From Nitrosomonadales bacterium (GTDB taxonomy: Bacteria > Pseudomonadota > Gammaproteobacteria > Burkholderiales > SG8-39): DNA of 64,000 nucleotides. The notes under the pieces were generated by a model. That model worked only from the letters and a program-made list of their open reading frames with translations, was not told where the DNA came from and did no database searches. The DNA lies in the NCBI GenBank assembly GCA_005240145.1, contig SBAS01000088.1, positions 4,925 to 68,924 of the forward strand, written 5' to 3'. The position numbers and the translations under genes are program-made. Positions 17,404 to 24,735 of the stretch are shown here, piece by piece (within the stretch, counting starts at the first letter, position 1; each line of letters opens with the position of its first letter).

Positions 17404-18514
17404 GAGGGGGCTACCGGGGAACCCTGGTTCCTCCGCGCAGAGGCATTGCGCCGCATTGCCCGGTCGCTCGGCATTTCTGCTGTTCCTCATCTTCTGCCTG
17501 TCGCCGCTACCAGCGTTTGCGCACCAGAGCAAGCTGTCGGCGGTATCGATCGAACCATTGGGGAGTTCTTATCGACTAACGATCAAACTGCACCGCGACG
17601 ACGCGCTCGCTGTGGCACCCACGCTAGCCTCCAGGAACGTAGGCGAACTTGAGGCGTATGTTGCCGTTCGCATCCGCATGGAAGACAGCACTGGTGTCGC
17701 GTGCATCAAGGAAAACAGGTATGCGCGCCTGGAAAGGGAGCAGGCAGAACTCGTCTATCAAGTCGTCTGTCCTGCGGGAAGCGGTGAGCTTGCCTACCGC
17801 AATACCCTGTTTGCGGGGCTCGATGCGCAATCGCGCCAGCTATTGGCGGTTGCCGGTGCCAGCGCAAGAATCATCGACAACTCGGGCGTGCCGCAGACGC
17901 TAGGCCTGAGCCAGCCAAAGTCGGCTGGCTCTTACCTCAAGGCCCTGCTGCGATTTGGCATGGAACACGCGCTTGCGGGCTGGGATCATCTGCTGTTTGT
18001 CGCCTGCATCATCTGCCTGTGCGCGGGGCTGGGAGAAGTGCTTGTTCGCATCACCTTGTTTACCGCCGCGCACTGCATCTCGCTGTTGCTGCTTGCCTCC
18101 GGCGCCCTCTCCGCCCCGGCGATCTTCTTCGAGGCCGGCATCCTGGTAAGTCTGCTCTTCGTCGGCGTCGAAGCGCTACGCCGCTCGCCGCTGCTGCCAC
18201 CGGCGATTGCGATCGGTGTTTTCGGCCTGTTGCATGGCGGGGGATTCGCCAACAACCTGCTCGAACTTATGGCCGGAAGAGAGGTGCCCTGGCTAGCGAT
18301 CATCGTGTTCAATCTCGGTGTTGAAATCGGTCAGCTGATTTTCATCACCTGTTTTCTCGCTCTGTGTGCGGGTCTGGACTGGCTGGCGCGGCGTCAGGGT
18401 TGGGGGCATGGTCGGGCCCGGGCGGTGATCAGCCGCCTTGCTGGCGCGATTTCCGTTCTTGCAAGTTTGGGCGCAGGAGCAGCGGCGCTCGCCCAGGGTA
18501 TTGGGATAGGTTAA
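17375..18514 (+). CDS. HupE/UreJ_2-family membrane protein (putative metal transporter); start uncertain
   Basis: GMEHALAGWDHLLFVACIICL...ITLFTAAHCISLLL is the HupE_UreJ_2 signature, followed by further TM helices. The signal-like LLFLIFCLSPLPAFAHQ suggests an alternative TTG start at 17456. Confidence 0.65.
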   Translation: MSTRSNTSARRGLPGNPGSSAQRHCAALPGRSAFLLFLIFCLSPLPAFAHQSKLSAVSIEPLGSSYRLTIKLHRDDALAVAPTLASRNVGELEAYVAVRIRMEDSTGVACIKENRYARLEREQAELVYQVVCPAGSGELAYRNTLFAGLDAQSRQLLAVAGASARIIDNSGVPQTLGLSQPKSAGSYLKALLRFGMEHALAGWDHLLFVACIICLCAGLGEVLVRITLFTAAHCISLLLLASGALSAPAIFFEAGILVSLLFVGVEALRRSPLLPPAIAIGVFGLLHGGGFANNLLELMAGREVPWLAIIVFNLGVEIGQLIFITCFLALCAGLDWLARRQGWGHGRARAVISRLAGAISVLASLGAGAAALAQGIGIG

Positions 18515-18521
18515 GGCTGAC

Positions 18522-18731
18522 CTATCCGCGCTGCTTGGCTTCGATCAGTTTGACGAGCGCGTAGAGCGCGCGATTGGCCGGGGTAGGCACGCCGAGCGTT
18601 TCGCCTGGGCGGACGACGTAGCCATTCAGGTGATCGATCTCGGTTGCCTTGCCGCGCGCGAGATCCTGCGCGGTGGATGTATAGTGCGCAGGCATCGCGC
18701 CGGCGATCGAGTAGGTCTTGGCCAGCAGTTT
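18522..18731 (-). pseudogene. panE: 2-dehydropantoate 2-reductase (PanE/ApbA) C-terminal remnant
   Basis: My own minus-strand translation gives KLLAKTYSIAGAMPAHYTSTAQDLARGKATEIDHLNGYVVRPGETLGVPTPANRALYALVKLIEAKQRG-stop. This matches the ApbA_C pattern (S/T-x-x-QD-x-x-RG-x-xTEID-x-xNG). Not in the ORF track (under 60 aa from Met). Confidence 0.6.
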
Positions 18732-18800
18732 TTACCAATAGCGGCTTGCGAAGCGACATAAGCGGCATTGCGCGCCGTCAAACCGGGGCTGGGGAGCGGG

Positions 18801-18854
18801 TGCATGGGCATTTCGTGGCACGCTGTGCGGCCAGGGGCGGATAGACTTTCCTTC
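18801..18854 (+). repeat. right copy of ~52-bp imperfect direct repeat
   Basis: TGCATGGGCATTTCGTGGCACGCTGTGCGGCCAGGGGCGGATAGACTTTCCTTC, in the same orientation as 14622-14672. Confidence 0.8.
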
Positions 18855-18891
18855 TATCCGTTTACCTGTGACACATTTTCGGCACATTGCC

Positions 18892-19158
18892 CTACTTGTA
18901 GACCTCGCGGCGGTGGCCGACGCGGACGATGTAGATGATGAGCCGGTCGTCGCGCACCTGGGCAATCATTCGCCAATCGCCCACCCGGTACTTCCAGAAC
19001 CCCGCCCACGCCCCGGTCAGCGCCCGTCCGAGCTGGCGCGGATCGGCAGAGCGGACAAGCCTCTCGTCGATGAATCGCTGAATGCGCTTCTGGACTGGTC
19101 GGTCGAGCGCGGCAAGCTCGTCCCGCGCCGCCGAATGGAACTCAACGGACCAGGCCAA
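18892..19158 (-). CDS. relE: type II toxin, RelE/ParE superfamily
   Basis: 88 aa. MAWSVEFHSAARDELAALDRPVQKRI...WKYRVGDWRMIAQVRDDRLIIYIVRVGHRREVYK is the classic RelE/StbE pattern. Confidence 0.8.
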   Translation of the reverse strand: MAWSVEFHSAARDELAALDRPVQKRIQRFIDERLVRSADPRQLGRALTGAWAGFWKYRVGDWRMIAQVRDDRLIIYIVRVGHRREVYK

Positions 19159-19357
19159 GCTGCTTCTTGACCTCGGACCAGGGAATCGTCTTGCCGCGCG
19201 AACGCGCCCGGCGCTTCACTTCCAGCATGTCCCAGTAGTCCTCGACGAACTCGCGCACGGCCGTCCGCGCGAGAGACTCGGGCGTCTTGCCCGCGCGCCG
19301 CGCGACCTTTTCCAGCGCGTGCAGCGTTTCCGCGTCAAGTTTGAGTGCGCTTCCCAT
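19142..19357 (-). CDS. cognate antitoxin (ribbon-helix-helix/RelB-like)
   Basis: 71 aa. It overlaps the toxin start by 17 nt. A TATAAT box (19366-19371, minus sense) lies 8 nt upstream of the ATG. Confidence 0.65.
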   Translation of the reverse strand: MGSALKLDAETLHALEKVARRAGKTPESLARTAVREFVEDYWDMLEVKRRARSRGKTIPWSEVKKQLGLVR

Positions 19358-19435
19358 AGCAGAGAATTATAGCGCCTCGCCGCTACTGGGCTTCCCTCGA
19401 ATTCCCGGACAGTTTTGATAGTGTGGAAGGACATG

Positions 19436-19810
19436 TCAGATGACCGCGAGATCGAGTTCGTAATCCCGCCAGGCCTTGTCCGCGGAAACGGCACGCAATC
19501 TTTCCACACGTGCCTGCGCGATCAGCATCCGGTCGAAGGGGTCGTCGTGATGCCGCGGCAATGCGGCGGTTTCGATGGCATGCGCATCGGATACCGTCAG
19601 CATCTCGGCGCCTGCGGCGATCATGCGGTCGCGAAACAGCGCAGGATCGACGGGTAGTTTGCCGAGGCGGTGCTTGATGGCGACTTCCCAGACGCTGGCC
19701 GCGGACAATACGCAGGCCGATTCGGCGAGCAGTTTTCGCGCCGTCCCGCCCAGCCTGCGGCTGCCGACGAGCCACCAGAGCGCCACCTGCGTATCGAGCA
19801 GCAGCGTCAC
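19436..19810 (-). CDS. vapC: type II toxin VapC (PIN domain)
   Basis: 124 aa. LLLDTQVALWW...ASVWEVAIK...HHDDPFDRMLIAQA shows the PIN acidic residues. The start overlaps the vapB stop (GTGA). Confidence 0.85.
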   Translation of the reverse strand: MTLLLDTQVALWWLVGSRRLGGTARKLLAESACVLSAASVWEVAIKHRLGKLPVDPALFRDRMIAAGAEMLTVSDAHAIETAALPRHHDDPFDRMLIAQARVERLRAVSADKAWRDYELDLAVI

Positions 19811-20046
19811 GCGCGGCCGCGGAAAAGCCGCGCGGTTTCGCGCTCGACGGCGGGCGTGAACGCCCTGTCGACGTTGCGGCGAGCTGTCTTCAGGGAGCCG
19901 AATTTCCTGAGCCCGCCGGATGCGGCGATGGGGACCAGCCGCACCATGGGCCGCCCGTTCTTCGCAATCACGACCTCCGTGCCGGCACGCGCCGCGCGCA
20001 CCAGCTCGGACAAGCGGTTCTTTGCTTCAAGGATATTGAGGCGCAT
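19807..20046 (-). CDS. vapB: antitoxin, Phd/YefM-type (VapB)
   Basis: 79 aa. MRLNILEAKNRLSELVRAARAGTEVVIAKNGRPMVRLVP is typical of the Phd/YefM N-terminus. RBS AAGGAGA lies 6 nt upstream. Confidence 0.8.
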   Translation of the reverse strand: MRLNILEAKNRLSELVRAARAGTEVVIAKNGRPMVRLVPIAASGGLRKFGSLKTARRNVDRAFTPAVERETARLFRGRA

Positions 20047-20082
20047 GTCGGTCTCCTTGGATTAGCGGGCGAGTCTACACGT

Positions 20083-20102
20083 GTCTGGCCAGACTGGCCA
20101 GA
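20083..20102. promoter_or_regulatory. tandem palindromic operator upstream of vapBC
   Basis: GTCTGGCCAGAC is a 12-bp perfect palindrome (20083-20094). It is followed immediately by a second CTGGCCAG (20094-20101). The site is 37-56 nt upstream of the vapB ATG and overlaps a plausible -35 and spacer. Confidence 0.55.
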
Positions 20103-20140
20103 CAGAGCCATGCGGCGCCGCGCGGCCGATCGTGATGGGG

Positions 20141-21442
20141 CTAAACCCCCGAGAGGCGGATGTTGGCCATCGACAGGCGCTCGACCAGGATTTCCATGAA
20201 GGCGCGGTCGAACTTGTGGCGGCAGGCATCCGATGCCTGCTCGAGCTTTCCGGTGGGCACCGAAATGATCTTGCAATCGCTCATCACGGTGACGTCAGCG
20301 CCGCGCACCTGCGCGCCCTTCTGCAGGTAAGCCATTTCGCCGAAGCATTCGCCGGCGCGCAGCACGTTCAGGAGCTTGTTGCGTTTGGTGACCTTGACCT
20401 GGCCGTCGGCGATGATGCAGAAGTAGTCGCCCCGCTCGCCTTCCTTCATGATCACTTCGCCGCTGCGCGCCTGGCGCCAGACGGAAATGTGCGCCACCTC
20501 CCAGATCTCGGCGTCGGAGAAATTCTCGAAGAAGGGCAGCGCGCGCAGCGTCTCGAATTTGTCGGAGTCGGCGAACTCCCGTTCGTGCGCCCTTGAGCCG
20601 GCGGCCGCATCGCCCCGGAACACTGCGGCCAGGTCGACGGAGAATTCCTCCCATTCGGCGTAGCGGCGTTCCAGGTCCCGCGCCATCGCGCGGCGCACGA
20701 TGTCGTCGATCACGCGCGGAATTTCGGGCCGGTGCGCCGAGGGCGGCGGCGGCTCGGTGCCGGTGATCTGGTAGATCAGGCTGAAGTTGTTCGAGGCCTG
20801 GAAGGGCAGCCTGCCGGCGAGCAGGTGGTACATGACCACGCCCATGGAGTAGATGTCGGTGCGGTGATCGAGCGGATGCTCCTTCACCTGCTGCGGCGAC
20901 ATGTAGGCGGGCGAGCCGATGGCCGAAATCTGCGTCGAGTCACCGGTGGCGATGAGCGCGGCGCCAAAGTCGGAAATTTTGACGTCGGTGCCTCCGGCAT
21001 AGAGGATGTTGGCGGGCTTGATGTCGCGGTGCGTGATGCCCATCTTGTGCGCGAATTCCAGGGCGCGGGTGCACTTGAAGACGATCTCCACCACCTGGTC
21101 GATCGGCAGCAGGGCCTCCGGCACGCAGAATCTCTCCAGCGTGCCGCCGTCGATGAATTCCATCACGATGTAATGCAGCGCCTCGTCCGACACCGCGTCG
21201 TAGATCTGGCAGATGTGCGGGTGCTGCAGCTTGCCGGCGAGCGAGGCCTCGGTGACGAAGAGCTTGCGGTAGAGCTTGCCGCGATCCGGGTCGTTGAAGA
21301 GCGATGTCGAGACGATCTTTACCGCCACACTGCGCTTGGCGAAGGTGTCGCTGCACAGGTAGACCTCGGAGGTCGCCCCGGAGCCGAGGTGGCGCTCGAC
21401 CGGGTACTTCCCGATCTGCTGCAGCGTGAGCGGCTCGTTCAG
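20141..21442 (-). CDS. Ser/Thr protein kinase fused to a C-terminal cyclic-nucleotide-binding domain; non-canonical start inferred
   Basis: HRDIKPANIL, ISDFGAA and SPAYMSPQQ are present. The C-terminus FFENFSDAEIWEV...GECFGEMAYL...RGADVTV is a CAP-type cNMP domain. The Gly-loop LGSGATSEVY is encoded upstream of the first canonical start (GTG 21328). CTG 21442 is preceded by GAGG at 8-nt spacing. Confidence 0.7.
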   Translation of the reverse strand: MNEPLTLQQIGKYPVERHLGSGATSEVYLCSDTFAKRSVAVKIVSTSLFNDPDRGKLYRKLFVTEASLAGKLQHPHICQIYDAVSDEALHYIVMEFIDGGTLERFCVPEALLPIDQVVEIVFKCTRALEFAHKMGITHRDIKPANILYAGGTDVKISDFGAALIATGDSTQISAIGSPAYMSPQQVKEHPLDHRTDIYSMGVVMYHLLAGRLPFQASNNFSLIYQITGTEPPPPSAHRPEIPRVIDDIVRRAMARDLERRYAEWEEFSVDLAAVFRGDAAAGSRAHEREFADSDKFETLRALPFFENFSDAEIWEVAHISVWRQARSGEVIMKEGERGDYFCIIADGQVKVTKRNKLLNVLRAGECFGEMAYLQKGAQVRGADVTVMSDCKIISVPTGKLEQASDACRHKFDRAFMEILVERLSMANIRLSGV

Positions 21443-21452
21443 AGGCGTCGCC

Positions 21453-22877
21453 TCAGCGCTTGCGCGCGCGCGCCCTCTTCGATCTGGATCGCGCGCGTGC
21501 GATGGCGGCCCTCACCTGCGCCGGAGCGGTGCCGCCGACGTGGTCGCGGCTCGCGACCGATCCTTCGAGCGTGAGGGACTTGAAGACGTCGGCGCCGATG
21601 GCGAAGGAAAAGCGTTTCAGCGTCTTGAGCGGCAGCCTGGCAATGTCGCAGCCTGCGGCCTCGGCCGCGCGCACGGCGCGCGCCACCGCCTCGTGCGCGT
21701 CGCGGAAGGGCACGCCCTTGCGCACCAGGTAGTCGGCGAGGTCGGTGGCGGTCGCATGGCCCTGCAAAGCCGCCGCGCGCATCGCCTTCGCCTGCGGCTG
21801 AAGCCCGGCGGCCAGCGCGGCGAACGCATCCAGCGAGTCCTTGAGCGTGTCCACGGTGTCGAACAGCGGCTCCTTGTCCTCCTGGTTGTCCTTGTTGTAC
21901 GCCAGCGGCTGGCCCTTCATGAGCACCAGCAGCGCCAGCAGGTGGCCGAACACGCGGCCGCTCTTGCCGCGCACCAGCTCGGGCACATCCGGGTTCTTCT
22001 TCTGCGGCATGATCGAGCTGCCGGTGCAGAAGCGGTCCGGAATTCTGACGAAACCGAACGGCGCGCTCATCCAGAGGATGATTTCCTCGGCGAAGCGCGA
22101 CAGGTGCATCATGGCGAGCGCGGCGCAGGCGGTGAATTCGATGGCGAAGTCCCGGTCCGACACTGCATCGAGGGAATTTTCCGCGACAGCGTCGAAGCCC
22201 AGTTCGCGCGCGACCCGCGCGCGGTCGATCGGAAAGCTCGTCCCGGCGAGGGCGGCCGCGCCCAGCGGCAGCACGTTCACCCGCTTGCGGCAATCGGCCA
22301 GGCGCGCGCGGTCGCGCTCGAACATCGCCACGTAGGCGAGCAGGTGATGGCCGAAGGTCACGGGTTGCGCGACCTGCAGGTGCGTGAATCCGGGCATCAC
22401 GAGCGCGGCGTGGCGCGCCGCCTGCGCGAGCAGGGCGCCTTCGAGCGCGGAGAGCTTTTTCACGATGGCGTCAATTTCGTCGCGCAGCCAAAGTCGCACG
22501 TCCGTCGCCACCTGGTCGTTGCGCGAGCGCGCGGTGTGCAGGCGCTTGCCCGCGCTGCCGGCGATTTCGGTCAGCCGCCGCTCGATGCTGGTGTGCACGT
22601 CCTCGTTCTCGATCGCCCAGGCAAACTTGCCGGCGCGGATTTCCGCCTGCACCTTCGCCAGCCCGCGTTCAATCGCGCTGAGATCGCGCCGGCCGATGAC
22701 GCCGCAGGCGGCGAGCATGCGCGCATGCGCGAGCGAGCCCGCGATGTCGTGCAGCGCGAGCCGGTGGTCGAACGAAACCGAGGCCGTAAAGCGCTGCACG
22801 AGCGCGTCCACCGGTTCGGCAAATCGCCCGGACCAGGTTTTCGCCTTCTTTTTCCGCTTCGACGCCGCTGCAGCCAT
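21453..22877 (-). CDS. argH: argininosuccinate lyase
   Basis: 474 aa. GRFAEPVD...SRNDQVATD...[12 protein letters not shown] (the fumarate-lyase signature). Confidence 0.95.
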   Translation of the reverse strand: MAAAASKRKKKAKTWSGRFAEPVDALVQRFTASVSFDHRLALHDIAGSLAHARMLAACGVIGRRDLSAIERGLAKVQAEIRAGKFAWAIENEDVHTSIERRLTEIAGSAGKRLHTARSRNDQVATDVRLWLRDEIDAIVKKLSALEGALLAQAARHAALVMPGFTHLQVAQPVTFGHHLLAYVAMFERDRARLADCRKRVNVLPLGAAALAGTSFPIDRARVARELGFDAVAENSLDAVSDRDFAIEFTACAALAMMHLSRFAEEIILWMSAPFGFVRIPDRFCTGSSIMPQKKNPDVPELVRGKSGRVFGHLLALLVLMKGQPLAYNKDNQEDKEPLFDTVDTLKDSLDAFAALAAGLQPQAKAMRAAALQGHATATDLADYLVRKGVPFRDAHEAVARAVRAAEAAGCDIARLPLKTLKRFSFAIGADVFKSLTLEGSVASRDHVGGTAPAQVRAAIARARSRSKRARARKR

Positions 22878-22941
22878 GTCGGATTAAGATGCAGGAATAA
22901 AATTCGATAAATAGAATGCGGATGAAGACCGCTCGCTAACA

Positions 22942-23946
22942 ATGCCCAGTATAAGGCAAAACTCCACTCCGGAATCGCTGCCGGATTTCCGCAATCTCGG
23001 CGTCACGGCGCGCGCGCTGGTCGCCGTCAATCTGCTCGCCGTGATCGCGGCGCTGCTCACCGAGCCGGACTGGAGCAATACGCTGACCACGTTCGTGATG
23101 AAGGCGGCGCTGTTCGAGCCCGCGCTGCTCGCCAGCCTTACCGTGCTTTACGCGAGCGCGCCCTGGCTGCTGCGCGTCGGCTACTGGAACGGTTGCGCGC
23201 TGGTGATCGCGGTGGTGCTCGCCTGCGCAAGCGCGACGCAGATCGTGCTCGGCGAATTCGCGCCGGCCGGACTCGTGCGCACGCTGGTGCTGGCTGCCGC
23301 CGCCGCGGCGATGGTGCTCGCCTATCTCAGGCTGCACACCAAGTCGCACTCTCCCGCGCTTGCCGAAGCGCGCCTGCAGGCGCTGCAGGCGCGCATCCGG
23401 CCGCATTTTCTGTTCAACAGCCTGAACGCGGTGCTGGCGCTGATCCGGCACGACCCGCGGCGCGCCGAGCGCACGCTGGAGGACCTCGCCGAGCTGTTTC
23501 GCGCCCTCATGTCGGATGGCCGCAACCTGGTGCGCCTGACCGACGAAATCGCCCTCATCGAGCGCTATGCCGCGATCGAGCAGCTGCGGCTGGGAGAGCG
23601 GCTGCGCATGTCCTGGGACCTGGACCATGCGCCGGTGGACTCGATGCTGCCGGCACTGGTGCTGCAGCCGCTGCTGGAGAATGCGATTTACCACGGCGTC
23701 GAGCCCGGCACCGGTATTGGCGACGTGCTGGTGCGCATCGAGCGGCGCGATAACCGCGTGCTCGTATTGATCGAGAATCCCTGGCAGGCGCCCGTGAGCG
23801 GAGCGCGCGCCGGCAACCACATGGCCCTTGACAACATCCGCGAGCGCCTGATGCTGTTTTTCGATGACGAGGCCAGGCTCGAATCCAGCGTCGCGGGAGG
23901 ACGCTATCGCGTGCAGATCGATATTCCGTACAGGACTCGCACATGA
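22942..23946 (+). CDS. algZ: LytS/AlgZ(FimS)-type sensor histidine kinase
   Basis: 334 aa with N-terminal TM helices. IRPHFLFNSLNAVLALIRHDP is the His_kinase PF06580 H-box, and LQPLLENAIYHG is the N-box. The argH-algZ-algR-hemC synteny matches Pseudomonas. Confidence 0.75.
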   Translation: MPSIRQNSTPESLPDFRNLGVTARALVAVNLLAVIAALLTEPDWSNTLTTFVMKAALFEPALLASLTVLYASAPWLLRVGYWNGCALVIAVVLACASATQIVLGEFAPAGLVRTLVLAAAAAAMVLAYLRLHTKSHSPALAEARLQALQARIRPHFLFNSLNAVLALIRHDPRRAERTLEDLAELFRALMSDGRNLVRLTDEIALIERYAAIEQLRLGERLRMSWDLDHAPVDSMLPALVLQPLLENAIYHGVEPGTGIGDVLVRIERRDNRVLVLIENPWQAPVSGARAGNHMALDNIRERLMLFFDDEARLESSVAGGRYRVQIDIPYRTRT

Positions 23947-23972
23947 GCGCTCGGCGGACTCGCACATGAGCG
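23933..23972 (+). repeat. 17-bp perfect direct repeat duplicating the algZ-stop/algR-start junction
   Basis: GGACTCGCACATGAGCG occurs at 23933-23949 and 23956-23972. Copy 1 carries the algZ TGA (23944-23946). Copy 2 carries the algR ATG (23966). Confidence 0.9.
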
Positions 23973-24735
23973 GCGAATTGCGCGTCTACATCGCCGACGA
24001 CGAAGCGCCCGCGCGCGCCAGGTTGAAGGAACTGCTGTCCGACATCCGCGGCGAACTCGCCACCACGGTGGTGGGCGAGTCGGCCAGCGGGCTGGAAGTG
24101 ATCGAGCGCCTGCCGGGCAGCGCGGCGCAGGTGCTGCTGCTCGACATCCAGATGCCGGGCATCGGCGGCATCGAGCTGGCGCGCCACTTGTGCGCTCTGG
24201 AGCATGCGCCGGCGGTAATTTTCGACACGCCCACGACCGGCACACGGTCGAAGCCTTCGAACTGAATGCGCTCGACTACCTCATGAAGCCGGTGCGCGCA
24301 GAACGGCTCGCAGCGGCGCTGAAAAAAGCGCTTGCCACGGGACCTGCTCCGCGCGAGCGGCTCGAGCGCATCGCCGAGGGCGCGCGCGAGTTCTTTTCGG
24401 TCGCCGAGAGAAATCGCATCGTCCTGGTACCGGTAAACGAAGTCCTGTTCCTCAAGGCGGAACTGAAATACGTGACCTTGCGCACCAGGGCGGGCGAGCA
24501 CCTGATCGAGGAACCGCTGGTGTCCATCGAGCGCGAGTTCAGCGAGCGATTCGTGCGCGTGCATCGCAACTGCCTCGTCGCGCGCGCGGCCATCCGGGGC
24601 TTCGAGCGCGTCGCCGGGGGCAGCGAGGAGGAGCCGCACTGGGAGGCGGTGCTGGAGGGCGTCGCCGAGCGCCTGCCGGTGAGCCGGCGGCAGTGGCCAG
24701 CCGTGAAGAGCGTGTTGCCCGAAAACCCCGGATGA
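23966..24735 (+). pseudogene. algR: LytTR-family response regulator AlgR, interrupted by a 1-nt frameshift
   Basis: The receiver domain (VYIADDEAPAR...LLLDIQMPG...APAVIF) terminates at 24265. The continuation AHDRHTVEAFELNALDYLMKPV plus the LytTR domain (FVRVHRNCLV) is in the next frame (track ORF 24190-24735). The shift lies at about 24227-24230. Confidence 0.75.
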
